DNA from: Amoebidium appalachense
Taxonomy: Eukaryota; Protista; Ichthyosporea
DNA: 64,000 nucleotides
NCBI GenBank assembly: GCA_963693365.1
Contig: CAVNZM010000006.1
Coordinates: forward strand, 1,736,001-1,800,000
Direction: 5' to 3'
Every line of letters begins with the position of its first letter. The stretch's first letter is position 1. A model generated the notes under the pieces. The model had not been told where the DNA came from, did no database searches, and worked only from the letters and a program-made list of their open reading frames with translations. Of this stretch, positions 1 to 20,012 are shown piece after piece. Both the position numbers and the translations under genes were made by a program.

Positions 1-10
1 CTGAGTAGGT

Positions 11-150
11 TTAGAATGTGGAACACGGTACGGAGTACAACTACACAGTGAGAGACCTGGTGCAGGACACATGCAAAGGCAAACATTCAAGTATGCAACA
101 TCAGCAAAGCGCACAGTACGCACCATAAGCAGAACCCATCCCCAGGGGAG
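11..150 (-). mobile_element. 5'-truncated, slightly diverged copy of the dispersed ~450-bp poly(C)-associated repeat
   Basis: gaatgtggaacacggtacggagtac..catgcaaaggcaaacattcaagtatgcaacatcagc..ataagcagaacccatcc matches the copies at 27902 and 40421. Confidence 0.8.
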
Positions 151-286
151 TATGGGGGATGTGGGGAGGTGGATTGGGTGGGTGGGTGTGGTGGTGGTGG
201 TGGTGGTGGTGGTGGGGCGGGGGGGGGGGAGGGGGGGGGGGGGGGGGAGGGGTAAGGGGGGGAGGGGGGGGGGGGGGGGGGATTAC

Positions 287-4525
<4,239 letters not shown>

Positions 4526-5439
4526 TTTAGAAGTGCCCCCTCTACTTGCTGATGTTTGATGCAAAAACAGACTAGCTGGCAACGGGTTCAATGTGCAGAG
4601 TCAGTGAGCCTGGAGCTATAAAGAATTGTTGAGAGCTTCGTGGGGATAGATGAGCGTGTATCAATGGTTCTTAATAGAGTTTTTGTGGCTTTCAGTACAT
4701 GATTATACTCTGCAGGTATGCTTTATGCACAAGGATTTACATGTACAAGCTCAGGTAGCAATGAAGGGGCTTGGCCCATTGGTGAGAATCAGCGACATAG
4801 AGGCCAAAGAAACTCTGCGATGCAGTGTGTGACATGACTTGGCTCAAACCTGGAACCATGCCAGCAAAAGTTAGAATAAAATAACAACCTTCTTTTGTAC
4901 GTATACCCTCCCTCATATGAGGTGCGGGCAAGCTGTGACAACTTTGGCGAGTGTTACCACTTTTTCCACTTTCAGAGTTTTCATAGTGAGTGGATCTGGT
5001 GAATTGATACGCAAGTATTTGAGCAAAGTTTCAAACACAGCAAAGTGTGAGCCTTCGACCAATTAAAACGCCTGAAGGTATCGTTACAGCATTCCAAACG
5101 TGCCTCAATAGCCAAATCGAGTTCACCAAGGATAAACTTGACCAATCAGACAACATAAGTGTAATGCGGAATTCGCCAGGACCCAGGAGATCTCTGCTCA
5201 GGAGGCAAACAGTTGACAACAGATATGTAATAACGGCCTTGTTTCATCCTGATGATTATGTTTGTATTGCTCACACACATGAAAAAAGAATATGTATATG
5301 ATACTATGCTCTTCCTCTCTTACCATCCCCTCACCACCCCTCCCTTTCTCTCTCTCCCCCCCCTCTCTCTCTATCCTCCCTTCCCCACCCCCATTCCCCC
5401 CGATCACGAGCCTCTCTTGATCACACTCTCTCCTCGCGA

Positions 5440-5740
<301 letters not shown>

Positions 5741-6608
5741 TCAGTAGAGGTCTTCCTCCCCCCCCTCCCCCCCCCCCCCGCCCCGCGTCCCCCTTACTCC
5801 CCCTTCCCCCCCCCCCCCCCCCCCTTGATACCCCTCTCCCTCCCTCCGTACGCGGACTCACTCGATCAGAATTTTCACAAAGTCCCGAAGCTCTCTCAGT
5901 TCTCTCGCTAGCGCTCTCCCCCTGTCCCCCAACATCCCCCTCCCCCCGCCACTCCCTTCCCCTCGCCTCTCGGAGCCTTCCCCACCCCCCCCCCTCTCCC
6001 CCTTTCTTCCTGCCCCCCCTCTCTCCTCTCTCTCTCTGTATAAGGAAGCGACTCAAGAGGGAGAGCGAGAGCTTCCGATTCTAAAAGCTCGAACGATTTG
6101 AGGAGCTGAGAGACCAGCTCCCCGACTCCAAAGCTCTTTTCTGACCTATTTCTCCCAGCTCCCCCCTGTCTCACATACACACAACATGGCATACACGATT
6201 TCAAACAGACATTCTCTCTCTCTCTCTCTGCGTCAGCTTCCGACTCCCAATGCTCTCTCTCCCTGTCCCTCCCTCCCTCTCTCTGTCTCTCTCTGTCTCT
6301 AGATCTTACCAAAGTTCTCAACTCGCGAGTTTCTCTCTCTCTCAAAGTTTCAAGCAATTGCACAGGCTTCACGCGACTCAGTTCGAACCCCTCTCACCCC
6401 CCTCACATGCACCGTGACACACACATAAGGACACACAGACAAACACACGTGATGGAGAGAGAGAGGGGGGGAGGGAAATGTGAGATCTCAACTCCCTGTC
6501 TCTCACTCCAACTCCCGCCTTCTCCCCCCCCCCTCGCTCTCTCTCCGAGGCTCAAGCAATTGCAGGGCTTAATGATCATTAAGAAATCCAATTACGAACA
6601 CACACATA

Positions 6609-6640
<32 letters not shown>

Positions 6641-6695
6641 TACCACTATTAAGTAACTTTCTGGAAACAGGTTGGAAAATGACACCGCGGGTGTT

Positions 6696-6728
<33 letters not shown>

Positions 6729-7380
6729 ACCCACCTTCCCTTTTCTGAGTTGGCGGCGGATCCTAGTGTGGAGAAAAGGGGGAGAGAAGGGAGGGAGAAG
6801 GGGGAGGGAGGGGGGAGAGGGGGTAGGGGTGGGCGGGTGCCCCACACATGCATATACGACCTGCAAATGATTTGAACGAGTCAAGAGTTTTTAGTCTCGG
6901 GGTTCTTATCATATCATTATGATAGGTATTAGATACATCTGGTCCTCTTGGAAAGCACATGATCTATCTTGAATATCTGTAACAATATCCCAGCCTAGTA
7001 GCACAAGTACCGTAAGTTATGATGGTAGAGCTCTATCCTTGCTAGAAAAGTGCTGGTCGACGTCCAGGAGAGCTTTGTTTCGCGAAGAAGTTGTGAAACA
7101 CGTCCCAAGTCACACATATATCTTAATAATGCTTTTTGCTTCTCATTTTTATATGTACCTTGGGCATGGCTGCATTTGAATAGATGTAAGTGGCTGTTTG
7201 TGGATGCATGAATGTGTGTGTTCAATCTTGTGCAGTCCTTTTGAAGAAGGCATGAGTTATAGGCAAGACAGTGCCACACCTTGAATTAAGTCGTGTGGTT
7301 TGTAATTATCTGGTTTCATGGCCACTCCCCCCCCCCCTCCCCCCCCCACCTCTTCCCGCCCCAGCCCCACAGGCTCCTCT

Positions 7381-7420
<40 letters not shown>

Positions 7421-10400
7421 CCCCCGGGCTGCCCGTTTCTGCCGTCACTCCTTCGAATTCTCCCCACCCCAGATGATGATACGTATACCACCACCATTTC
7501 AAAGTTGCAAAACACGCCAGTAAGCCCAGTTGCAACTTGCCAATAACTCTGATACATGCAGCGATACGTGATAACAATCACGTGCACACACATAAATACA
7601 CAAACTGCGCGGACACACGCAGGCACTCTGTGACACACACATGTATATGTACTGAGCCCACATGCACACAGCACACACAGTTACCAGGCACACATACATC
7701 CCTCGCTCCTTTTCTCTCTCTCACGTAAATTTATAAAGTTTCCACAAGAAAGACACAGTGCATGTCAATACACGTGCATGCACACCTAACGGCGGAGCTT
7801 ACTTGTAGCGATCCTTTATTTCCTGGTTGTAGAAAGAAAACTTCTCACAACGTCATCCGATTATCACAGATATTTTGACGGATATCCAATCACATACCAC
7901 AATCTTGTTATCACCACTAACATCTCTTCTAGAATTATTGCCAATGACTGCGGCCTCAAATATTCCTTGTACTCTTTTCTCCCAGCAGGGGCAAAAAGAT
8001 ACCATGCTGCTCTCGAAGATACCCCACAAATTTAGGTTCTGCAGCCCAGCCTCCATTACATACTGGATCATGACGATCCTTGTGCGTTTTTCTGGTCAGG
8101 GTCAATGTCACGGTCTCGTGCATAGTCGTTACCGCCCAGATGAGTAGCATAGCCTGTTCGCCTGCGAAAGGGTAAGTAAGGGGTTAGTGCATGGCTCCCT
8201 AGTGTCCGTGGGAACGTTCGAACAATCCGCGATTGGGCGGACACCACCCACCATTTCTCTAACCGAAAACCACAAAGTGAATTTCCGTCAGATGCTCTGG
8301 TGGCTGGGGGCCAGTCATCCGTTCCATCGTGAATCCACTGAAAAGTTCGGACACACGGCTGCCCGCAGTTGTTGCCCGCCCCCCACCCACCACCGGCCTA
8401 AAGGACAAAACAAGTCCATTTCCTCACACTTTTGCAAGTGCAGAGAAAAGGCAAGTTCTGCCCCTTAGACCCCTGCTGCCCAGTAACCAACTGTGCACAC
8501 TAACCACAGAAAGCCTTGAGAGCGCACAGGTTGGGATGAATGAAGGTTTTCCCGCTGGCACGAATGGCAAAGGATCGATAGAACTTGGCAACCGAAAAAA
8601 GCGATAACAGAAGAAAGAGTACTAAACGAAGAAGGAAACAAGTGGGTGCCCATAGGGGGGGCAGAAAAGGGAGAGAGAGGCCGTGGAGTCCGCTGGCTAA
8701 CAGCGGGCACGGAGGCCAGAGACAAAAGGTGCACACGCACTATACCCCTTACCATTTGTGTTGCGCGTCTTCAGGTTGTGGGCACTTGGTCGGTCCCCAT
8801 GTTGGGCCCCCAGCACGCACACAAGCCACGCCTTTGCCGAAGCCCCTGTGCTTCTCCTTAACCTTGCAGGGATGCTGCAGTTGGACAGGGGCTGCCACAA
8901 CAACGCGGTGTGCATTGGAAAACTAGTGCTATCGGCAGGAATAGTGGCCTCATCTTAGAAGTGCCTATAGGCTACTCCCTTATGCACGGAAGTATTGGCT
9001 GTAACAGTTCGTATATTGCATATGCTGGTATGTGCCCTGTGGATAATCTGTGTGAAAAACGTTTTGTTAGAATGGTTCTCTTGCCAAATAATGGAAGGCA
9101 GGTGGCGCAATTTCAGAGCGAAACGAAATGATAAACAACTTGAACACAGTCGACTTGCTTGGATCAAGCAGAGTGGGCTTCAAAATTGTTTTCACTTGGG
9201 CTAGGCCTAGTTTCGTAAGGTTACCTCAACCTATTCTTTACCTTGCGTGGTTGTTCTGTCCACGTGAAGTGCTTCTAAAGTAGGCGGGAGTCCAACGCCC
9301 AATGCCACGGTTTTGACTTGCTGGAACATCCTCACGTTTGAGGTTGAACATTTGAAAGAACGCTGTTACTGGAGGTTTTTTGTAGGAGTTTGAGCTTCTG
9401 CGAAAGATTGTACATGTGTGGAAAAGGAGACGGGGTTTACGCTGTTTACTCGAGGCAAAGAGATGGAGACGACCTTTATATGGGTGATGGAGGCGTGCAA
9501 AAAAGATCGACCAATCTGATCCCTTATCGGGCAAAAAAAACGTATTCCTGGTTGGCGGAATAAGGAACCGAGGTCTCCTTTGATTGCTTTCGAATTTCGC
9601 ATGAAATTTCTTGAATTTTATCTAAGCGCAATGCAATTTAGGTCCTAAATACTAGGAAGTTGTCTATTATAAAAACTGACTGATTTTTTTTTGCAGATTA
9701 TAGAACGAATGAAAATGCAATACACGCCATTGAAGTGTTTATTTACTACTAACGCGAAAATGTTATACCAACCATCACGAGTCGCTATTATAGTATTAAT
9801 GTTATACATATTCATTAGATGGAACAATACCAAGTTATGGATAGATTCAGCATCGATGTAGGGATCCCCTCATAGGGGAAACCTGTGGTGCTCCGGAAGA
9901 CCAGGGTTGGAACCCGGAGTCAAGCTCGTTGCTCCTGCAGGGCTGGACGATAGCAACAACCAAAGCTGCGGGAAAAGAAAAATAAGAGTGAAACAAGACT
10001 GAAAACTATCCATGAACATATCAAAGGTTTTAAGGATGTCCTTACACATGCTTGATGCACTCCATTTAATATTATCCATATCGGTTGACCAGTAAGGCCC
10101 ATACACAGTGTTTCAAAAAGCCTAACATAGAAATTTCAAGCTCCGGGAACGGTTACTTGTGCGTGCGGTGGTGCACGGGGCGCCAGGGCTGTCACTGGTG
10201 AGTCAGAAGTGTGGGTGGAAGGTAGCCAAAAACAGCACATACCTATAAATAGTTTTTCTGAGTGTGGACTTCCCCATGATATTCAGCGCATTTGCTGCCT
10301 GGCAGTGCTACTGTTAGTATCTGCGCTTAATAGCTTAGGTAAACTAGGAGTATTGAAAGATTGAGTGTGCATTTTAACCATAAGAAGGGAAAAAGAAGCA

Positions 10401-10557
10401 TTTAGGGCTGGCAGCAATCATGACTCACTTTGGCCCATTCGTCTTGTTCAAAGCATAATATGCCACACGGGGACGCACACGTCACAACAGAAAAGATTTA
10501 CTAACGTGGAAAATATAACGAAAAAATCAAGTATCAAAGAGATGGAATATTTGGAAA

Positions 10558-10812
10558 ATGCGCAGAGCACAGTTTTCTATGACCTCCATCGCAGAGGGTT
10601 TTCCACGGGAGGATGGTGACATCAGCGATGTTATCTATGGGTCGGAGGCTGGATTGGGGGGGCCTATGACATCCTATAACGACACCAGTGCGACACGACT
10701 GGTGGCTACTGCCTTGGATGTTCCTGGCAGGACACAGGTGCCTCGGGCACGCAGTTTTCTAAACCTTAGTGATCAGGCTGGGTAAGTGCTGGCGCATGGG
10801 ACAAGATCCTAC

Positions 10813-10884
<72 letters not shown>

Positions 10885-10964
10885 GTGCGTGTGCGCACGT
10901 GTGCGCGTGCGCGCGCGTGCGCGTGCGCGCGCGTGTGTGTGCATGTGCGTGCGTGTGCGCGCGC

Positions 10965-10995
<31 letters not shown>

Positions 10996-13900
10996 GATGC
11001 ATGTCTATGTGTGCGGGTGTGCGTGTGTGCTTGTGTGCGTGTGTGTTGTGTGTGTGTTGTTTGTGTGTGTGGGCGCGTGTGTGTGGGCGCGTGTGTGTAG
11101 TGTGAGGGTTTGAGAGTGAGTGAGAAAGAGAGTGTGTGTGTCTATGCATGCGTGCGTGCATGTGTGCGCTGCAGTGCTTGCGTGGGTGGGTACGGGCGTG
11201 CGGGCGGGCGTGTGTGTATGTGTGTGTGTGTGTGTGTGTGTGGGTGCTTTTTTATATAAGCCTGTTCCCAGGTGTGCGTGTTGGTGGTTGTTGTGTGTGC
11301 ACAGACAGGCTTGCTGAGATATGTGCTCGCAGCTTCGTCGGAATGTGTGGGCGCCTTTGCTTGAGCTGACTTCCTTTCCTGCTTGTTTAGGTGCTAGTTC
11401 GTGTATTGGCCCTGTAGCCATCGGGGAACCTGTGCACGTGCATTTGTTTTGTGTTTGTTCATCACCTTTAACCGCCTCCCCTCCACTGACGACATCCATC
11501 TTTTCTTCCAGCAGCCCACGAGGAAATGGGCGCCCCAATAGATTGTCACCAAGCCATGACCTCCCAGCACCGAACATTGCACCCCAGCAGCGGAGATCAC
11601 GATTTTCCAGCCGCTGGGCCAAGCTGGGGCTTGGTGCTTGTGCTCTGGCTCTGTGTCTCCTGGTGGCCAATGTGATCGTTATTGGGCCAACCGCGGGTGC
11701 TCCCATCATGCCCGAGCAGGTAACACCCTCAGGCTTTGAGCCCCTTTCAATGTGCCGTCCTGTCCTCTTTCTCTAGTTTACCCCCCCCCCCCCCCCTCCC
11801 CCCCCCCCCCCCCCTCCCCCCCTCACACCCCCCACCCCCCCCCTTCTCAACCCCTTCCTCCGCTTCCCTCGTTTACTGTGGCTAAGCACTGCTTTGCAAG
11901 ATCCTCACCAATTTCTCCAGAATATAGGCCCCAAAAATGGTGCCGGTGGTGGTATAGTGGTGGTGGTGGTGGGGATGGTGATCGACGGGGGGGCGGGGGG
12001 CGGGGGGTGAGGCGGGGGGCAATAATATGAATGGGCCACGGATCGTGTGTGTGTGTTGGGGGGGGGGGGGGGGGGGGGAGGGGGGGGGGGGGAAGGGGTT
12101 AAAACTGGTGTGATAGTTGCGGTTGTAATTGCTGGGTGATTAGTGGTGTGTCTACTGTATGATGTTCCGGACCGAGGGGTGTGGGGGCCGCTTTAGTCAC
12201 GGATGTGTTTGTCTAATCACCCCCTCCCCCCCCCATGTCGCCCCCCCCCCACCACAACCACCACCTTCCCCCCCTATATACAAGAGGCAAAAAAGGCATA
12301 CACCACCACGCCACATGTGTCTTGCCCTCCCGCTGCTCGCCCCTGCCTACAATCTGTTTGCTGCCATCCTCCCTCCCCCCCCTCCCCGCCTCCCTCCCCC
12401 CCCTCCCCACCTCCCCCTTGATGCCTGCCTGCCTGCCTGCATGCTCTTTCCTTCACTCCAACTCTTCCGTCTTCTTTCTGTTATTTGTCCACACACATGC
12501 ACACACACACACCCGTAACATTACATACAAGGCATTGCCATACCTCTCTCCCACTGATGGTTCTCCATGTGACGTGGGCATGATCATTCCCTTTGCACAA
12601 ACCACCATCCCCAATCTCTCATCCCCATAAAGTACCACAGCTCACTAACACAGGCTTAAGCACACAGGCAACGAGAATGAGATCCCTTCCCCCCTCCCCC
12701 CCCCCCCCACCCCCGCCCCCTCCCCCCTAGTCCTCTGCCTGTCGCGCACACAAACCACCAACCCCAATGTCCAATCCTCCGAGCACAATTAGCTAACTTA
12801 GGCTGACACACACACAGGCCGGTAGCCAGCACAACTACGGTCTACTAGTGGATGCAGGCAGTAGTGGGTCACGGCTATACATCTACACATGGCCCGAGCA
12901 CACGGGTAGGCCCGACGAGTTACTGCAGATGACGGCACATGTTGATGCTAGGGGTGAGGCCCTGGTCATGAAGGTCGAGCCAGGTGCGTTGGGGTGGTTA
13001 GGGGGAGGAGAGGGAAGGGGGAAGGTGAGTGAAGAGGGGAGGGGGAGGGAGATAAGGGGGCGGAGAGAGAGAGAGGGGGGGGGGGGGGGGGGTAGGGGGG
13101 GGGGGGGGATGGAGATAAGGGGAGGGAGAGGCCCGGGGGGGGGGGGGGGGGGGGGGGAGGGGTGGTTATGGGGGGTGAAAGCCGGGGGAAAGGGGGGGGA
13201 GGGGGGGTGGAGCGGGGAGGGGGAGTAGAGAGGGGGCTGGGAAGGGGCGGGGGAGGGGGGAGGGGGGGGGGGGGGGGAGGAACAAGGCAGGGAAATGGAG
13301 GCGTGCGGGTGTGTGTATTGTGTGTGCGAGAGGTTTAGAGTCTCGGGGGCTGGCGGGCGGACGGTGGGGGGGGAGGGGGGAGGGGGGAGGGATAGGAGGG
13401 AGGACTAATTGAAGAGGGGTTTTTTTGGGGGTAAGGGTGTGTGTGTGGGGGGGGAGGGGTGGGGTAGTAAAACGTGAATAGGATAATGTTGGAGAAATGG
13501 CTCCTGGATAAATGCAGATACGGTTTCTTGGATGCAGGTGTGCAAGAGGCGTGAATTTGTGGCGTACTTTGATGGAGCAGGGATAAACCATGCTCGAGCA
13601 GAAAGGCATTAACCCTTGTGTGCCCCGTGGAGGGAGGGCGGGGAGGGTTGCTCGAGCAGAGGGGCATTACCCTCGTGTCCGCCCAGGGGGGGGGGGGGGG
13701 GGGGGAAGGGTGGGGAAGGTTGCTCGAGCGGAGAGGTATTTACCCCCGTGTGCCCCAGGTCTTTCGTCCTATGCAGACAACATCACAGGTGCCTACGAGT
13801 CCCTTCGGCCCCTCTTGGACTTTGCCTCCCAGCACGTGCCTGCAGACAGACAGGCACTAACCCCCCTGTACGTGCTTGCCACTGCCGGGCTGCGCATGCT

Positions 13901-14070
13901 CCCTGAGGCCACCCGTGAGGCCATGCTCGGAGATATAGTGGCTAGACTGCCCAGCAACTACAGGTTCCAGTTCAATAGGGGCCATGCGGATATCATCTCG
14001 GGGAAGATGGAGGGTGAGTGTGACTGGCTCATGTGCTGGAGTGGTGTTTGTTGCTTTTTGTCTACTTGAC

Positions 14071-14110
<40 letters not shown>

Positions 14111-14291
14111 CCTCCCCCCCTACTTATGAGGATGGGCTTGATTCTTTGTGTGTGCCTTTTTGGTGTGCAAAAAATGCATAGTGATGTTCGTCAGGAATGT
14201 GCACTTCGTACCCCGTAACACATCCTTCCCCCCCCCCCCCCCCCCATCCCGAAAGCCTGTGGCATTCTAACTCCCTCCCCTCCCCCCCCCC

Positions 14292-14322
<31 letters not shown>

Positions 14323-14492
14323 ACACACGTCCGCCCTTTCCCCGGCCCTACTTCAGGTTATGGTAGGCACCCATGCACAGGCGCACATTGATATCCATGC
14401 ACTTAGGCATGCGCTTACACACGCACGGGACTTGCGTGACCACCAGACGCCCATGGCGCATGCACGGAAGTAGATGTACACATGCACGGGCA

Positions 14493-14570
<78 letters not shown>

Positions 14571-15997
14571 ACACACACGAGCTCTCGCAAACAACCCGAA
14601 GGCACATGAGTGCACACGCGACACGCACACACACACGCACAATCGCTCACTCACTTAGCATTCCCTCCATAAACATTTTAGCCTCCTCGCGTATATGTGC
14701 TCACCCGATTCTCACCTGCCACAGGTGTGTACGCATGGATCACCACAAACTATCTCCTAAACCGCTTTAAACACGACGACAAGGGCCGTCTCCCAACAGT
14801 CGGTGTGGTAGACATGGGGGGTGCTAGCACCCAAATTTCCTTTGAAATTCCCTCAAATATCTCCCTTGTAGAGTCAACCCCCGATGGAAATTCCGACATG
14901 CAAACGGGGCTACCGGCAGAAAATATAATCGACATAGATCTAGGGTGTGGGTTGGAAAAATCCGCAGTAGATGGGGGACACGGGCAGGAATCCATGCACA
15001 AATATCGGGTGTACTCTGTTACTTATTTGGGGTATGGTGCGAACGTGGCGCGGGATCGATATGTTGAAACCTTGTTTGAGGACAAGACGGCGTGGCGGGC
15101 AGACACAAAGACACCAAGTGTGTCTGGCTTGGTAACAAATGGTGAGTGGTGTGTGGGTGGGTGGGGGGTGGGGGGGGGGAAGTTGGGGGGGAGGGGGGGG
15201 AGGGAGGGGAGAGGGCTTGGGGAAGTGGGGGGGAGGGAGGGTGTGTGTGTGTTTTTTGGGGGGGGGGAAGAGGGGGGTGGGGTGGGGTGGAGGGCAAGCA
15301 AGGTAGTGTGGGTGTTGGCTGCGTGGCGAAACTTTGAGGAGTGAGGAGTGGGGTTTCTCCCCCCTTTTCTTCTGTAGTGTGTGTGTGTGTGTGGTGGAGG
15401 TGGTTGGGGGGAAGGAAGGGGGGGGGGGGGGGGGGGGGGGGGGGGGATGTACTGGACTGGGGAGAAAGTGGGAGAATTGAAGGGTGAGAGTTGTCCTCTT
15501 TGTGTGCATGTGTTTGTACGCCCTCAGAGGTAGGGCTCAAGCAAGGACACGAGGTGTATCTATGTCCTATTGCTAGCACTTGTTGCAATAATCAGAATTG
15601 ATATACGTCTGGTTTCCATCTCCAATGGTTAATCTGTTTCACTTATATGTATTGGTCCTGCCTTCCACTGTTCTTCTGTTTCACACGCATATTGCTCCTG
15701 TCTTCCATTGCTGTTCGCGGTTTCCCTTGCACATATTGTCCCTGTCTTCCATTGTTATTCCCTGCCCGTTGACCCCATTCTATGCCAATGCAGTTCTTAT
15801 ACCCCATAGTTTTCCCCTGTCAATGGCCACATCCAATACACATCTGATTATAAACTCAATCACCACCACGTGCAGGCAATACCCCGTCAGCCAACCCATC
15901 CAGCCTCCCCATGTACGTGCGGGATGACCCATGTCTGCCTGTGGGCATGGAGGACCCTGCACCCTCCCCTGCAGGCGACAACTCTGTACGTGCCTCC

Positions 15998-16031
<34 letters not shown>

Positions 16032-16727
16032 AACCTACCAAAAAAAAAAACAAAAAAAAAAACGCCCACTTCTCTTCTCCACCCGAACGTGTCGTTCTTA
16101 TGACTCCCGATTACGGTGTTTTGTTTTTGGCAACCACGGCAGCCCGATGGATGTTGTGTATTGCCGGCTTAGGGCTGTCCTTTGCTTGTTTCCTGTGGGA
16201 TTGCTAGAATGACTTGTTATCCCTTGTATGGATGCAGCGCAGCGGGATTGGCTTGCCCCACCCAACACATGCATGCACCCAATTCACAGCAACCCTTACA
16301 CTATCACAAACATACATGTGACTGGTCGTTAATCACCACCCTTGGGCATCTCCCCCCCCCCCCCCCCCCCCCCCCCCCTCCTCCTCTCTTTCCCCTTCTT
16401 TCCTCCGGGACCCATAGCGAGGCAGAAATCCCTCTCATCATCGTGTCTTCTCAGCTCACACCCACACCCACACCAAAACCCATACCCACAACCACCCTCA
16501 CCTGCCCGTACATCTTTCCAACGACTGCCGCGATTGCCCTGCTAATTTATCTCCCCCTTCCCCCCCCCTCCCCCCCCCCCTCTCGCTCCCTCATTCTCTC
16601 CCACCCCCTCCCCACCCCCTCCCCCCTCCCTCTCAATCCCTCTCTCTCCCTTCCTCTCTCTCCCTCCTCCCCCCCCCCAAGAAAAAACTCATCCACCCAC
16701 CTCCCGCCCTGGTCTCCACGGTGCACG

Positions 16728-16779
<52 letters not shown>

Positions 16780-17629
16780 CACATGCACACACACACACAC
16801 ACACACACACGTACCCACACACATACACACTCACATACACAGCGCTACGTGCTTGTGGGCACAGGGCAGTTCCAGCAGTGCCGTGATTCCATGAAGCCAC
16901 TGCTCAACATCAGCACCCAGTGCTCACTTTCCCCCACCTGCTCCTTCAACGGTGTCTTCCAGCCTCCCATAGACTTTGCCAGTGCTGAGTTTTGGGGCCT
17001 GTCTGAGTTCTGGTACACCATCAACGACATATTCCTGCTGGGTATGTATGTGCACTGCTTGGCTGTGTTCGTGGGTGGAGTTTTGTGGATGTGGTGGGAT
17101 GTGTGTGCATGTGGGTTGGGTAGTGGGGTGTGTGCATGTGGGTTGGGTAGTGGGGTGATGGGGAGGTGGGGTGAAAAGGGAGAGGATGGTAGAAGGAGGG
17201 AGGAGGGGGGGGGGAAGGGGATGGCAGGTATGTTGTATTTGGCCCAGCTGGGCTGGGAATTTTTATCGCATTTGGAAAAGAAAGGAATTTGATGAGGATG
17301 GGTGAGAGCGTGTCTTTTTTCTGCTGGTTTGCACGGGTTTTCTTGTGAATGTGTGTTCCTTTGCATGTGCCTTGCTTTGGTTTTGTGTGCGCATCAGTAT
17401 GCTTGAAAGTACATAAAGGCATACATTCCGTGTGTATTTACCCCCAACACACCGAAAGTAATCACTCCCTGTCATCATCTCAACTAGATTTTCACCAACA
17501 GGCAACCAGACGTACGACCATGAAGTCTTTGACCGTGTTGCTGCAAACTTCTGCTCCACACCGTGGCCTGAGCTGCAACGGAGATTCAACGAAGGTATCC
17601 TACTCCCCCTTCCCCCCCCCCCCCCCCCA

Positions 17630-17708
<79 letters not shown>

Positions 17709-18188
17709 CCTTTCTCCCCCCTCCCCTCCCCCCTGCCCCTTCCCCCACAAGCCAACCAACCATTAAAGTATGATTGGGCGACCCCCCCCCCTCCCCCTTC
17801 TGCGGGCGGGGCAACTGGTTATACTTGTGCTGCGAAACTGTGTGTTGTTTGTTTTGCATGTCCTCATTTTGCTCTTTTCTACGTGTCATGAAAAGTTGTA
17901 CTTCTTACTGGCTACTACATCCTGGATCACCAACACCATGCATGCACAACCACCCACACACACGTGCACACGCGGGTAGACATGTGCACACACACACACG
18001 CACACACATTCACATGACGACACCCACACCAACACCCACACCCACAAGCACGATGGACATGCTTTGCTTGCCTACAGACAACCACACGGAAACAAACGGA
18101 GCGGCCCGTGTGGGCTTTCTCTTGCAACTGAGAGAGCACACATATACGTACCACATAGTAGGAGAGGCTCAGTCTCGTAATACACCCA

Positions 18189-18278
<90 letters not shown>

Positions 18279-18728
18279 GTGCGCGTGCGCACCCGCACAC
18301 ATGCAGCTGGACAGACACACCTGCACACACATTCACATACACTCTAAACGATGTGACCTGCATAAGTCTGTCCACAACCCAGTATTTGCCATGAACACCA
18401 TTCTCTTGTTACAAAACCAGCCAAAATCATGGCCACATGAAGAAAATGCACGTGCACACAATACTTTGCACATCTGTGTGTGTCTGCTAAGTGTATGTTG
18501 GGGCACAGGCATGTATCCTGGGGCTATGGAGAGGAGGGTAGCCCACCAGTGCTATAAGGCCGCATGGATCACAGCAACACTGCACCACGGCCACAGGTGT
18601 GTACGTGTGTGTGTACGTGTCTGTCTGTGTGCACGTGCATGTGTAGCATGATAGGTTTGCACAAATATGCCTGCGGACAAGTTGAGATAGGGTTCGTAAC
18701 TCCGGAGTCAAAAGGGCTTTTTTTTCTT

Positions 18729-18816
<88 letters not shown>

Positions 18817-19017
18817 CTTTTTCTTTTTTTGGGGGGGGGGGGGGGGGGGAAATAATTTGTGTTAGCTTATTTGGTTTTTATGGTGTCCTGGTGTCCTTTT
18901 TCTGGTCTGTGTTTTCCGCCTTGATATGTTCCAACTGGCGTGCTCCGGATACTGTCATCCACCTCCACCTTTTTTTGTGTATCATTGTACTTTTTACGGA
19001 GAAACCTGTTCTATCTC

Positions 19018-19061
<44 letters not shown>

Positions 19062-19256
19062 CGCGCCCAACACACACACACACCCTTCCCATTCTACACA
19101 CTCATGAAAGCACACAAACAGAATGACTGGCATCGTTGCAGCTAATGAACCCCCCCCCCCTCCCCCTCCCCCCCTCGTATGATATCACACCTTCTCCCCT
19201 CTCCCCCCCTCCCCCCTCTCCCTCCCCTTCCCTTCCCCGATATGTCCCCCTCCTCC

Positions 19257-19294
<38 letters not shown>

Positions 19295-19513
19295 TCCCCC
19301 AACCCCACCCCACCCCACCCCCCATTTTATTCTCCTCGAGCACCAGATCAAGGTGTACACTCGGTGTACGGTACTGACCAATCACGTGCACGCAGGTTCC
19401 CCCTTGACTATCCCCTGCGACCAGTGTCCAAGCTGGACGGTGTGGAGGTGCAGTGGACCCTTGGGGCCATGCTCTATCTCACAAGATTCCAGCCCCTGGG
19501 CAAAATCCAGAAG

Positions 19514-19549
<36 letters not shown>

Positions 19550-19674
19550 GAAACCGGAGGATGGGCTGTACTTCTGCTACACACAGTGTTCTCCGTGTGC
19601 TCTTATGCAACATCTGCATGGTGTAACTTTGTGTTGTCCTTCATGAATGTGTATCTGGAACTTTGCAACACATA

Positions 19675-19713
<39 letters not shown>

Positions 19714-19977
19714 GTTCCGCAGAACGCACACTAACACTCTCCATATCCCTGTCCCCCCCCCCCCCCCCCCCCCCCCCCTCCCCACCCACCCACCCACCCC
19801 CACACACACCCATCAAATTCCCCGGTGATTGGGTCGAAACTTGGATATTATCGAAGACTTGGGCCCCTTTTGGGGATGCTTATGATGCATTATCTGTCTG
19901 TGTGCTTTGCAAACCCTGCATTATGTTGTCCGTTGTGAATGTAATGTGTACATCGTGTACTTCAACATATTCTAACG

Positions 19978-20012
<35 letters not shown>

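Noticed and set aside
9880-9945. B-box-like GGTTCCAACCC on the - strand (tRNA/SINE)
   Set aside because: No A box or cloverleaf, and only one copy in the window.
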